A DNA stretch of 64,000 nucleotides from the human T2T-CHM13v2.0 reference genome, Homo sapiens. The stretch lies in assembly GCF_009914755.1 (NCBI RefSeq), contig NC_060930.1, one strand, 5' to 3'. Below, piece after piece: positions 29,685-47,892 of this stretch; positions within the stretch are counted from its first letter, which is position 1, and every line of letters starts with the position of its first letter. The position numbers and the translations under genes are program-made. The notes below the pieces were generated by a model. It saw nothing but the letters and a program-made list of their open reading frames with translations, made no database searches and had not been told where the DNA came from.

Positions 29685-30797
29685 TTAGGAATCAAATTCC
29701 AACAGTGGAAAAAGTCTCACATCCTTTCCCTACTGCTTCTAATCAGGTGCCTTGCATTCTTGCCTTCGTCTTTGCAAGTGCTCAGGGCTCTGTGCGGAAA
29801 GAGAAAGTGCAACAGTTAGAAGCTTCCTATGACCTCTAAGCGGGCCAAGTGCCGGTCAGTCCTTCCCCTGGTGAGTCCCTCGTCACTCTCTCTTAGGCAC
29901 AGTCAGAAGCTGTGGCTCTGAGGGAGCAGACTCCACGCCACTCCTGCATCTGTGCCTGCTTTGACTGCGTCTGCACACTCGCAGGATTCCCTCAGCTCGG
30001 ATGCAGGTTTTGGCCAGCAGGAATGACCTTACTGGCCTCTATCTCTCCATATTCTCTCCTCGGGAGTACCAGAAAAGTCCACTGAACCAAACTGTTGCCT
30101 TGGTTTTTATCAGGGCCTGTTCCTGCTCGAATCACCTGCAGTATCTGCTCCTGGTCCCTGGTGCACTGCAGGCTTCCACCTGGGCTGGCCGACAAGGCCG
30201 TGCCTTCAGGGAGCTGGCCGATCTCTGAAATGCAGGTGTGGAAAATCTCCTTGCTTCTTACCCAGCAGTAAAGGCTAGCAGGTTGGGAGTTTTTCCAAGG
30301 TGATGAAGAGAAACACCCCAAACCAAAAATCCTTGACAGTGGCTGACTCTACAGGGATAGGCCAAGGGTGGAGGAGACCTATGGGGGCTTCAGCTGCTGC
30401 ACTCTATGCCCTGTGTCTCTGTAGAGTTAGAATGTCTCGCAAGTATTATTACTTGTATGATAAAGTAGAACAAGTGGTTTTAATTTAACCAATCTACAGC
30501 TCTTCATGCCAGTTTTTTTCACCATGCTCAGCTGTACTTAACTGTGGAAGCTGAGCCTGACGGAGCTGTGGCGTGGCAGGGTTCCTGCAGTGTCTGTCCT
30601 GCCATGGTCCCAGCTGCAGTGTGGCAGGAGCAGCGTCCCCAGACAGGTGTGTGCCCTGGCCCTGCCAAATACAGGTGTTTCACAGCTTCACAACCTGTTC
30701 CCGCCTCTATAAATAAATGACCAGCCTGCTCCACAGTGCTGTGTGAGGCCCAAATAGAACACATATGACAATGCTTTGTGAACTGTATAGCACCTTA

Positions 30798-31145
<348 letters not shown>

Positions 31146-31869
31146 TCACAGACTTCCCCTCTGCTCATCACGGGCTTCTCTGCTGCCCTCATCTGCTACC
31201 ACATAGAGAATGGGAAACTATAATCAGATTCAAGTTGGATTTTTTTTTAAACCCTGTCTCTACTAAAAATACAAAAATTAGCCAGGCGTGGTGGCAGGTG
31301 ACTTGGTTGTAGTGTGGAAACTCTAACTTAACTGTATAATGTGAAATAAGAAGTCAGGACTATGCTCTTAGGATATTTTCAGTCATTTGGTCAGACCTCT
31401 CTGGAGCAGCTCCTAGTTAACAGCTCCATCCTTCCCCTGAAAGTTGATTCCTCCATCCGAGCACCTAGTGCTGCGCTGGACCACGGGATCAGCCCATTCC
31501 TGTGGGACTGCAATCTCTGGAAAGCAGCACAATTCTTAGATCACCACAGAAATTGCCTCTGCAACTTTTTACAAAGAGGGAAAGAGAAGCCCAGAACACT
31601 CATGTGACTGGCCTGAGTCTCAGTGACTGAGGGGCATTTCTATTAATAACACTTGCCCATAAGAGAAAGAATGCGTTCTGCGTAGCTGGACTGTCGATGC
31701 TTTCCAGAAAACACTGGCCTTCCAGCTCTGCATTTCCTCCAGCCATCTTCATAGTTTTCAAGGAGTTGCGTTTTCACCTATAACTGTCTTTTCAGATACA
31801 CTGTTCTGCAGTTTCCTAGGGAATGCAGCAAGATATTTAATCATACTCATTTAACAAATATTTAAATCA

Positions 31870-31875
31870 TTTATT
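31870..31875 (-). terminator. Likely MPC1 polyadenylation signal AATAAA (3'UTR ~31850-32359)
   Basis: TTTATT on + strand ~490 nt past the stop, after an AU-rich stretch with no obvious repeats. Confidence 0.7.
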
Positions 31876-32359
31876 GCCATTAAGTTACAGCATCTCAATA
31901 TATACACTGCATGGAAATACACAGGTAACATTTTTAAACAGTGGGGACAAAATTTTAAGTACGTGGCCAGCTGTTGGTTGTCTTGTGGTCATTAAAGACA
32001 ATGTTAAGAATCAGGAGTACTTAAGTGCTAGTGGTTACAAATTTTGTTCTCTTCAGTTTTTCATTAAGTAAATTCTAATAGATGATATACATATTACTGC
32101 AGATAAAACCATCATCAGAAATTATTAAATTAATTGCATATTTTGAGCTACTCTTTATGGAAAGAAGTAAAATATTTAATACTTGTAAGGCAGCAGAGAG
32201 TTGGTTTAGAAACTCTCAGCTATTTCTATAAAAATAGAATGGTTAGTAAAAATAGCATTCAGTGTATTTTCCTTAGGGAGGCTATTTATAATGAAATCTG
32301 TGACTCAGCAGCAGCTGGCAATGCTGTCCCTTCAAGACCTTGTTCTTCCTTTTCCATTG

Positions 32360-32384
32360 TTATGCAGATGCCGTTTTAGTCATC
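32360..32384 (-). CDS. MPC1: MPC1 exon 5 coding part (E-MTKTASA-stop)
   Basis: tttctttccag|G ATG ACT AAA ACG GCA TCT GCA TAA; total CDS 330 nt. Confidence 0.95.
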
Positions 32385-32516
32385 CTGGAAAGAAACAAAA
32401 AGAAAAATTCAATGAGAAACAAAATTTCAATGCCAATCGCAAGGGCTTTGGATGGCTTTTAAAAGACACCTTTACATAACATTTATTTCAACTTACAACT
32501 TATAAAAACAATAATA

Positions 32517-32737
32517 TAGGTTGGGTATCCCTCATCTGAAATGCTTAGGCCCAGACATGTTTCAGATTTTTTCAGATTTCGGAATAACTGGATTATACCA
32601 GTTGAACATCCCTAAACTGAAAATCCAAAATCCAAAATGCTCCAATGAGCACTTCCTTTGAGTGTCATGTTGGCACTCTAAAGGTTTCATATTTTGGAGC
32701 ATTTCAGATTTTTGGATTTGGGATGCTCAGCCTGTAT
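32517..32737. mobile_element. Tigger4a (Zombi/MER46)-like MITE in MPC1 intron 4
   Basis: TA-flanked, imperfect TIRs AGGTTGGGTATCCC / GGGATGCTCAGCCTG. Confidence 0.7.
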
Positions 32738-32903
32738 CCTAGTTCATGTTAACTTTCATGGTTTAGTAAGTTGTTTCCCCAACTGCTAAAGCGCATCTAT
32801 ACACACTCCAGTCCCGCAGCACTCCCTCAGAAAAGATTTTAGTTTCACTCTCCCCAATTCCTCAAATTCCTGAAAAGAAAGTAACTAAATTGAAATCTGC
32901 TTA

Positions 32904-33128
<225 letters not shown>

Positions 33129-33654
33129 TCAAAAAAGAACCTCTTCTGCGAAAGCCTTTGACAGATAAAAGTTGTTACTTAAATGCCTGTATCAATAGGA
33201 AGCTCATAAAAAAATTTACTGTACTGCTATGCATTTTTGTTAATTATTTAAACATTTAAGGAACATATTTCCGAGCAAGAGTAGGCTGAAATTTGTTCTA
33301 GACACTTTTTTTGTCTCCTGGAGTTGCTTATAATCCATTCATTATCTGAAAGAATTGTTATTTATTCCCTCCACAATAGTTTTATGTTCAAATATCAGGG
33401 TTTCAAGTCAGTTTAATGACAGTTTCCCCCAAAAAAGTTCACAATATAAATCATTAAAGTGACTATTAGAATGATTCAGATGACACAGTCTTCAGTTCAG
33501 TGTGCTAAATCTGAAAGGCAAATAAGATGTTACTACTTCCTAGATAAATATTTCTAATTAATCTTGTTTCTTACTGACATAGAGAAGTAACACTCTTCCA
33601 TGCCATCACATTCTGTATGTGACTTTCTAATAGTGACTGTAACATCTAGTGCTA

Positions 33655-33822
<168 letters not shown>

Positions 33823-35206
33823 CTACAAAAAATGAGAGGAAAAGAATGAAGAGAGGAAAAAGTTAAGACAGAACTATAAACAGCTGAAATTTCCCTTACT
33901 TTAAATAATCACGTGAAACTCGTGAGAACAAATCTTCGTTTCCATCTTGCAGGTTTACTGGGTTAATTGATGGTTAACATTTAGGTATTGGATTGTCCAA
34001 GTGTTCCTGTAGGAATCAGCAGTTCTTACAGCTGAGCCCAGAGCTAGAAAGGGTTTGGCAGCTTCCCAAGGTCCCTACTGGTTTCCACACTACAACCAAG
34101 TCATCTCTGATTGTCCTATTTAGAACATTTAAAAATAAAAATAAGATTCACTTCTTACACAATCCATTGTTGCTATAATTCAAACCCTGTTAGAACTATT
34201 CTCCATATTTTTATGTTTAAATCTATCCACACTCCTTTTCCCAAATTTTTATGAAGATATTTGTTAATAATTCTTAAAATGCAGACCCTAAATTGGGTAC
34301 TTTTCTGAAGAAAGAAGCTTAATAAGAGAATAAATTGTTTTTCAGCTCATATGAGCTATTCTAAGATAAAATAACTTGGAAATCAATGCCCAGGACCCCA
34401 GACACTAAGAAATTAAGATTGGAAAGTACTTTTGACATAATAGCAAAAACTTATATTAATATTAAAGAAATGAACCAATAGTTTTTCATTCCACAACTAC
34501 ACTCATCCAAGGATACCAAAGTGAAGTCGTCTGTGTTTGACAGCAGCCACAATCAATTTAATTTTAGAGGCTGAAATAAAATAAGGCTTGTGGCTTTTGT
34601 TCATTAAAGATGAAAAATTGTTTCATTAATTTAGAATTTGGAAATAATATTTTCAAATCTGAAAGGAACCACATCTTGTTGGCTAAACACCCCTTTTAGT
34701 TATCCTAACACTAAAGAGTAAAAACAGTCTTTGCTTGACTTCTGCCTATCATAATGTTTAGGTTAAATTCAGACTTTGCTTCTACTATTGACGAGGGGTT
34801 AAAATCCAAAGATTCCCTAAAAAGTGGTAAACCAAGGGAAATATAAGAAAAATAAATGGGAATTAGATTTGGCATAATAGAATATTTAAAAATGTTTATT
34901 TAACATGAAAGCCACAAGGTCATTTAGATAACTACAAAAGGTCAAAGTTCCCACATAGCCATCACCATAAGTATTTCAGGGTTTAACATGTGAGTTATAA
35001 ACTCTGTAAATTAGGCACAGTTGGTTTAAAGAATCTTGAGATTCTGGGCTGGCTAATTAGTTATCTTGCATTCAGACTGCATGTTATCTAAGATACTCAC
35101 TACTGCAACTTTCACTTAATTTCTTACATTTAGACGAGGTGACTAGTGGCTCTCAAATTGGACAGCAAGGCTTTGGAGGAAATATTTCTTTGAAAATGAC
35201 AAGTTG

Positions 35207-35508
35207 GGTCGGGTGCAGCGGCTCACGCCTGTAATCCCAGCACTTTCGGAGGCTGAGGCGGGTGGATCACGAGGTCAGGAGTTTAAGACTAGCCTGGCCA
35301 ACATGGTAAAACCCTGTCTCTACTAAAAATATAAAAATTAGCCAGCGTGGTGGCAGGTGACTGTAATCCCAGCTACTTGGGAGGCTGAGGCAGAGAACTG
35401 CTTGAACCCGGGAGGTGAAGGTTGCAGTGAGCCAAGATTGCACCACTGCACTCCAGCCTGGGTGACAGAGCGAGACTCCGTCTCAGGGAAAAAAAAAAAA
35501 AAAAAAAA
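35207..35508 (+). mobile_element. AluS (antisense to MPC1)
   Basis: TSD GAAAATGACAAGTTG at 35192-35206 and 35509-35523. Confidence 0.92.
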
Positions 35509-36053
35509 GAAAATGACAAGTTGGAGAGAAGTACACTCCTGCAGAATTCTATTAACAATGACCCTTAATTTCTTACATTTAGATGCGATATGGCCAGTTT
35601 TCTTTTTTCCTTATTCCCCAGACTTTTGTAAGGGAGAGTATCTATCTCTCCCTTACCTACTTACTTCTTTTCTTACCCGTCCTGTTATTGGGTGTCACTT
35701 CATTTTTCAACTCTCTATTATTCCATAGTGATCTTCCTTTTCCTCCTTTTTTGACCAGGCCTTTCTCCACTTGGTCTATTTTCATCTCCTTTTCCGTTTA
35801 CTCTCTTGCCACTCCTCTGCACTGTATGGTGGTGTTGCTGTCTACTTTATCATGCATGAACCCAGGGCTATAAACAGAGCCTGAAGAGTTATTCTAAGAG
35901 GGGCATATAAACCACAGTTTCTCTACCACTGGTTGTGAATGTGTCTTCTTTCATAGGTGGGGCTAAAGCAGAAATGGACAATGGAATAAATCTAAACCTA
36001 AAGTAGCCTTGGGAGATTCCTGGCTAAGTGATGTTATTAAAAGTTTAAGTATG

Positions 36054-36365
<312 letters not shown>

Positions 36366-37149
36366 TTAAGTGTGATGAGTGTTAGGTTATAGGAAACAGT
36401 TCTGCAAGTTAAGAACTATACATACACTTATGACTGTAAGTGTTGAGCTATACTGAAAATATGTTTCTTAAGAAGAACACGAAAGGTAAAAATCATTTTA
36501 ACACTAGTTTACTAAAATACCTAACCTTAGAAAGTTTATAATGCATCTTTTCTATCTAGTACAATATTCTAGTTCTCTCTTCCCTTTTTTAGAATACAAT
36601 TGATTTATGCTGTCAGATATTCAGCAGTCAATTTTGAGAAAAATAAGGAACTTTATTAAAATTCAAAAAGAAATTAACATATGTTGGATTAAATGGAAAA
36701 CATTTTACTTGATTATAATTCTTAATTGTGCTGAAAAGAAAGTTCCAACAGAATTATACAACACCATCTCCTGTGTGAAAATCAAGCCATGGAAATGAAC
36801 TCCACCCTACAGGAAAAAATCATCCCACCCTTCTTTTCCTGCTTTCTCTTTTTCTTTCTCTATTTCCTTTCATCGGTTGCTAGGCTCCACTGTGACTGTT
36901 ATCAATGAAGTAATTATATGCTTGTTTCTAAAAACAGGAGTAGGGAGCAGCCCCAGGAGCATGGCTGTCACAGAGCTCGTGTCTAGGCTCCCCAGGACAG
37001 GCCAGGGTGCAGTAGGCACCCTTCACAACCTGCCAGCCATGGCGGCTAGAAAGGCTCTCATATGCAAAGGATGCTAAGCCTGTTACCCCTAACTCTGTTA
37101 ATGCAGAAAGTCTGCAAAAGCCTGAAATGGATGGAAATAATTTTCTTAC

Positions 37150-37153
37150 CGTA
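37150..37153 (-). CDS. MPC1: MPC1 exon 2: 4-nt microexon (TACG)
   Basis: Minus strand ...cacaaaatag|TACG|gtaagaaa. It completes AG-T (Ser) and ACG (Thr) and is needed to keep exon 3 in frame (LMSTHFWGP). Confidence 0.92.
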
Positions 37154-37404
37154 CTATTTTGTGAAGAGTCACCGAAGTTCAGACAGGACAGACATGGAAA
37201 AAAAAGAAACAAAAATCAAATGATTTTGGTCTTATTAGGTTACTGCAACCTCACACCTGTATTCAAATTTCAGTAACAGGACTACAACGTTAACAGTGTA
37301 CATTCTTTTATTATTTTTAAAAGATCAAGTAATATTATTTCTAATAAGAACTTTGACTTCATGAAATTAGATCTTAGTTTTATGGAAAATAAGTGCAATC
37401 CTTA

Positions 37405-38032
37405 GAGCAGAACTGTCCAATAGAAATATAATGCAAGGCAGAAATACAAGCCACGTACGTAATTTACAACTTCTAGAAGCCACATTAAGAAAACTAAAAA
37501 GAAGGCCGGGGACAGTGGCTTATGCCTGTAATCCCAGCACTCTGGGAGGCTAAGGCAGGAGGATTGCTTGAGGCCAGGAGTTCACTATTAATCTGGGCAA
37601 CATAGTGAGACCCCATCTATACACAAATATATTTTAAAAATTAGCTGGGCATGGGTGGTTTGTGCCTCCAGAGGATTGTTTGAGCCCAGGAGTTCAAGTC
37701 TGCAGTGAGGTATGATCACACCACTGTACTCCAGCCTGGGCAACAGAGCAAGACCCTGTCTGGAAAAAAAAAGGAAAAGAAAAGTAGAAAAGTAAAAAGA
37801 AACCACAGAAATTACTTGTATTAATATTTATTTAATCCATATGTATGCAAAAAACATTTTAATTTCAAAATGTAATCAATAAAAACTATTCATTAGACCT
37901 TTTACATGCTTTTTCATACAATTATTTGGACTCTAGTGTGTATTTTACACTTACGGCACATCTCAGCTTGAACTAGTCACATTTCAAGTGATCAGTAGCC
38001 ACCTGTGGCTAGTGGCTCTCAAATTGGACAGC
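37405..38032. mobile_element. MER33/MER3-like hAT MITE interrupted by an AluJ (~37504-37790)
   Basis: Ends ...CTGTCCAATAGAAATATAATGC and GTAGCCACCTGTGGCTAGTGGCT...ATTGGACAGC. Confidence 0.65.
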
Positions 38033-38582
38033 ACAGCTTTCGAGGAAATATTTCCTTAAAAGTGGTAAGTTGGAGAGATGCATACTGTTGCAGAATTCTA
38101 TTAACAATGAAACTTTCCCTTCTGCTTACTAACACATTGCACCAGAATGTGAACCCCTGGAGGGATGTATTTTTGTTACTACTGGACTACTTAAAGTAGG
38201 GCCTGGCATTTAAACTGGAATTTAAAAAATATTTATTGAATGAATGAATGAATAGTAAAAATGTCAATGCTGTTTTCCAGAATGTTAAATTTAAAAATAC
38301 ACCAAAAACTTATATTGAGTTACTTTTATTTCTGAAATAACAATTTCTCTTGCCAGGATATACCTGAGCTCTTCTCTTAGGGCAAAATCTCAAAGTTGAG
38401 CTACTGAAAGAGTTATTGAAATAAAATAATAAAATTGAGCAGTACGGCAGGGGGAAAAATGAAATAATAAAATCCTTTATAAACAGACTCAAGTCCAAAG
38501 AATTCTACTAGTTGTTTTGTTTTAGAGAGCACAGAGATTATAATTTGTAACATGAAAATAATTGTTGATGGTGCTAATAATA

Positions 38583-38910
38583 CAGTAGTCCCCCTTATCC
38601 TCAGGGGATGCATTCTAAGACCTCCAGTGGATGCTTGAAACCGTGGATAATACGGAACCCTATATATACTATGTTTTTCTCCTATACATACATACCTATG
38701 ATAATGTTTAATTTATAAATTAGGCAGAGTAAGAGATTGACAACAATTACTAATAATAAAATAGAATAATTATGACAATGAACTGATATAAAAATTTTGA
38801 GAATGTGGTTACTCTCTCTTTCACAATACTGTAATATTTTTTTGGACCACAAATGGCCTTGAGTGACTGAATCCATAGAAGGAGAAACTGCAGATGAGGA
38901 GGTACTACTA
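38583..38910. mobile_element. MER44A (Tigger7-family MITE)
   Basis: TA|CAGTAGTCCCCCTTATCC start, with a degenerate inverted end. Confidence 0.7.
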
Positions 38911-39297
38911 TGTGCTTCAGATAGGTTATATTATGAAATATATATCATTCATATATATACAAATATAATTATCCAAATTATATTTCACAGCAAGTACAAA
39001 CTGACCACAATGCTTTATAGCAGAGAGATTGATAACCTTACCAGATGAGACAGCATAATCTAGCTAGAACAGTCAGTCACCTACGGCATTGCTCTCCTTC
39101 AAATACCTTTGTCAGTATCTGAACACTGGCCCTTTAGGTAACTATGAATAACCAAGGGCACATTTTTTCCCTATAAAAATATTTTAAAGGATGTCGTACT
39201 TACAATGTGAAGTTTCAACTTGGACATAACTTAGTTTTTCCTTTAGGACTCTCTCCTTAAATCATACAACAGCTTGATTATACCCTATTTTACAACA

Positions 39298-39415
39298 GAT
39301 TACAAATGTATGAGAATAAGGGAGATTATAAATGTATGAGAATAAGGGAGAATTACAAATGTATGAGAATAAGGATTAGTATAGATTACACATGTATGAG
39401 AATAAGGGAGAATTA
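39298..39415. repeat. ~26-27-bp minisatellite x4 (ATTACAAATGTATGAGAATAAGGGAG)
   Basis: Directly visible. Confidence 0.85.
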
Positions 39416-39909
39416 ACTTCTGCCTTCATACCCTGCTCAGTTCAAAAGTCCTACATGAATATAATCACATTAATTACTGTAAAACAATCTGAGAGTAAAG
39501 TCAGTTTAAATATGTCTGTTAAATACAAAACACTACAACTCAACATCCCTCAATTCTAAGTCAGGGTTTTCTAGAATGCATGAATCAACAACTCAATCAA
39601 AATATCTGAAAAGCATATTTGTGCAGAACCAAATTAGAAAAAAAAATGCTTCCAAATATGTATTATTACCTGTTTCAAAAAAAAAAAGGGGAGATAAATT
39701 TATAAGCCACATATAAACTGCAATTTGGGGACAGTAATGCAAAACCATTTAGAAAATATTCTTGATTTTCTCTTTATTTGGTATGCTGCCTTTATTTTCA
39801 GTAAAAAAGCAAACAAACACAAAACTCATAGACTTTCTTGGGTTCACTTATGATTTTGAATTCTCATGGAGGAGAAACTATATTTCCAGTTAAAAATTAA
39901 GTATTCTGT

Positions 39910-44040
<4,131 letters not shown>

Positions 44041-44123
44041 TAATTACTATTATTATTATTTATTCTTTTTTTTTTTTTTTTGAGACAGTCTCGCTCTGTT
44101 AGCCAGGCTGGAGTGCAGTGGCA

Positions 44124-44376
44124 GACCCATGCCGGCACCCAGGCCACCCTGGAAGCTGGTGCTGCTGCTGCCCACTCGGGAGACAATCAAGGAGCTGATG
44201 TGGGCACTGGGCCTGCTCATGTAGGAGGAGCTGCTGAAGGCCCAGGGGCCAGAGTTGAACACCTTGTAGGGCTGCTGGGTCACCCTGATGGACATGGTGG
44301 AGGCAGAAGTGGAGGCAGGCAGGCTGAACCAGGAGGAGATTTGAAAAGGAGCAGAGGAGCTGCTTTTAGGTCAGTC
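44124..44376 (-). pseudogene. KRT8 processed-pseudogene 5' fragment (5'UTR plus ~57 codons), fused to an Alu 3' end
   Basis: MSIRVTQQPYKVFNSGPWAFSSSSYMSRPSAHISS...SRVGSS resembles the keratin 8 head (MSIRVTQKSYKVSTSGPRAFSSRSY). Upstream sequence resembles the KRT8 5'UTR (...CTGCCTCCACC ATG). Confidence 0.88.
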
Positions 44377-45337
44377 TAATTTTTCCAAAATTATGGTAAT
44401 GTTAGCTTTCTCTGAAAGTACTGAGAGCAATTTAAGTAATTTATAACTTACTTATGTAGTACTAAAAGGATCCAACTGACAGCCTAGCATAGTATATTTC
44501 TAACATTATTCAAAGTAAAATGGGATAAAATTTTGAGATATTTTAGATCATAATTCTACAGTTTGCTGAAATTTATTCTTACCAAATTTTGTCTAGTTTT
44601 CTAGTTCAAATTAAAATGAGGGAGGGTTTTGACAATTAGAATTTGTGATATTCAGCTATATTTAGTGAGCCAAAAGTCAGCTGAATGACAGTAAAGATCT
44701 TTGTGACTGGACTATCCAGATATTAAGAGATTCTTATGGCCAGTCCTGCTTCAACATTTCCAGCTTCATTCAATTTCTGAAAGTCAATTATATGGCAGGG
44801 AAGTGCTCAAAGAGTCCAAGGACCGGGTGTGAAAAGCAGTTTGGCAGAGAAAAGGGAGACATATGCAGGAAAACATGGAGCACAAAAATATCTAAAACCT
44901 TCTTTTCAAAACCATTTCTATGCATTACTATTTTCCTTTAAATCCCAAGTTGACATTTCTGTTTTAGCTTCACAAGTTTGGTATCCAGAGGTTCTGAAGT
45001 TATCTGTTTGGTTCAGATATCAGCCTTCTCATGTGGCAAATGAAGCACTGGAATTTCTAAGGCCTGTTCCAACTCTAATATTCCACAAGTTTGGGAAAGA
45101 TTCACTTTTATTTTACTGCAACTTCTCACCTGGGTAGTAAGTATAAATTCTGAAAGCTTTCCTGGAGACTCAGAAGTTAAAATTAATTTAGAATACCTGA
45201 TCAACTTGAGAATATTCAATGCAAACATCCCACTAACTTCAGATTCATAAGCATACTAAGTGATTAACTGATTTTAAAGCACTCTATGATCTAGGTTCTT
45301 CTTAAGAAAACATCCTCTGCACACATATACAAATACA

Positions 45338-45362
45338 TGTGTGTGTGTGTGTGTGTGTGTGT
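45338..45362. repeat. (TG)n microsatellite
   Basis: Directly visible. Confidence 0.9.
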
Positions 45363-46111
45363 ATCCATTCACCTTTACTGTAATATACAAACTTGAGAAG
45401 AGGAATAAGTCGCTAGAATAAAGCTGCACAGACCTTGATTGAGTTAATCATTAAAATATATGTCCTACCTCAAAACTGTTTTGCTTATTCTAATTTATTC
45501 TTCTTAACCAGAAATCCAGGAAGGAGAATGAGAGAAGAGGAAAAGCAAAGAAGAGCTCTCTTTTTCTATTCTGTCAATAAGAAAGGTGAGGGAATAGTTT
45601 CTTAAGAAAAAGGTATTGGAATAGAGACCCAGGAAGTTCTTGATTCAAGATCCTAATCAAGGTAAGTAACAAGAGATGGAAGAAAGTACCAAAAAGAGAG
45701 TACCAGAAATCCTGGGGATTAAACATGCAATATTAGTTACAATAAAAAATAAATTGAACACTTACTTTTGTCAAGCGCTATACTATGTCATTAAACAGCT
45801 ACGAAAGCACAAAAGCTAAACAATTTGCCCAAGCTTACAAAGCTGGAAAGCAAGAGCTGGGCTTCAAATCCATCATTCAAACTCATCACCTAGGTTTAAC
45901 GGTATTATTATCACAATTAACAATTGTCAATAATTATTTAATATTATTTAATACTGAGATCCTATTTAAGTGTTCCGTTATCCCAGTAATGCCTTTTCCA
46001 GCTGTTTTTTCACACCAGGCCCAATCAAAGTCCACACATTATCTTTGGTTCTTAGGTGTCCTAAGTGAGAGCCTGTTTCATAACCTCTTTCAGTGAAATA
46101 AAAAAAAATCA

Positions 46112-46425
<314 letters not shown>

Positions 46426-47575
46426 ACACTTGGAAATTCAGTTTAGTAAGAATGTTCAACTTGATTCATAAAACATGATTGAAATAAATTTATAATCTGT
46501 GTAAAATATGATTTTAAATTTATGCTGAAAAACTCAATTATGTTATTAATTTTTAAAATTCTAGAACAGCTTTAGTTGAGAAAACCTCTAGACCCCTTCA
46601 GTAGGCTACAAAAAGAATGCAGAGGATGCAAAGTGTGTACAACAGGCAACTGATGAAGTAAAAAGAGGAAGGGATGGAACCTTGTTTCTGATTAGAAGAA
46701 AAGAGATACAATGACGTTTTCTGCTTTATATTTTATTCTCCTTTGCTAAAGAAAAGCCGGGCTGTAAGCGTAAAGCTTGGAAGAACAAATAGGAAGTACT
46801 TTCCTCTGATATGTTCTAGGAAGAAATGTTTCTCTTTCTAGGGCAGGAAACACTAAAATAAAAAGCTTCTGGTCAGAGTGTTGATACCTGACCTCAAACT
46901 GGCCCTCAATCACTGTTTGGCAGACCTAGCATGAATTCCCACTGCTGCCAAGAATGGCAGGGTAAACAGATCAGCTGAATGTTTCACATCACGTGTTCAC
47001 CTTTCAAAAATAATTTCAGTTCAAGATCATAGAGCTTTATAGCTCACACAAGATTTTAACTTTCTAAATAACTGTAAACTTTAAAAAATGTTTTCGCTTG
47101 CAAAAACAGAAGGATATAATAAAATGTAGAGTGATTTGGAGTTTCCAAGTATTTTCACATCCCTTATCCAATTTAATTTTCTTGATAACCCAAAAAGAGC
47201 ATTATCATTAAACCCATTTGATGGACAAATAAAGTCTGCTGGGATCAACTTGCTGGGGATCCTGGACTGTAAGTCATTCTTCTGAATCTTAGTGTGGTGC
47301 TCTACCAGGCAACACTGTTCCGAGTAATGCAATTCTCTTCTTTTCCTTATTTAGTCAAAGTGTAATTGAATTAAATACTGGAGAAAGTATAAAAATTTAA
47401 AGCTACATAAAGTTAATTTTAGAAAAAAAGGTTAGATGATATACTGAAGTATCCTATTGAAAAGCCTGGCTCTTAGAAACCCATTTAGTAGAAGAAAATA
47501 TAACACTTAGAAAAGCAGAACTCTCTTCCTTGAAAATATATTTAACAAATTCTTCCTATGTAATGAAACTGTTAG

Positions 47576-47892
47576 GGCCGGGCATGGTGGCTCACACCTG
47601 CTAACCCCAGCACTTTGGGAGGCCGAGGTGGGCGGATCACCTGAAGTCGGGAGTTCAAGACCAGCCTGACCAACATGGAGAAACCCCGTCTCTATTAAAA
47701 ATACAAAATTAGCCTGGCGTGGTGGTGCATGCTTGTAATCCCAGCTACTTGGGAAGCTAAGGTAGGAAAATCACTTGAACCCAGGAGGCGGAGGTTTGGA
47801 TGAGCCAAAATAGTGCCAGTGCACTCCAGCCCGGGCAACAAGAGACAAACTCTGTCTCAAAAAAAAAAAAAAAAAAAAAAAAAGAAAAGAAA
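47576..47892 (+). mobile_element. AluSp/Sq-like
   Basis: Full dimer with long poly(A). Confidence 0.88.
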
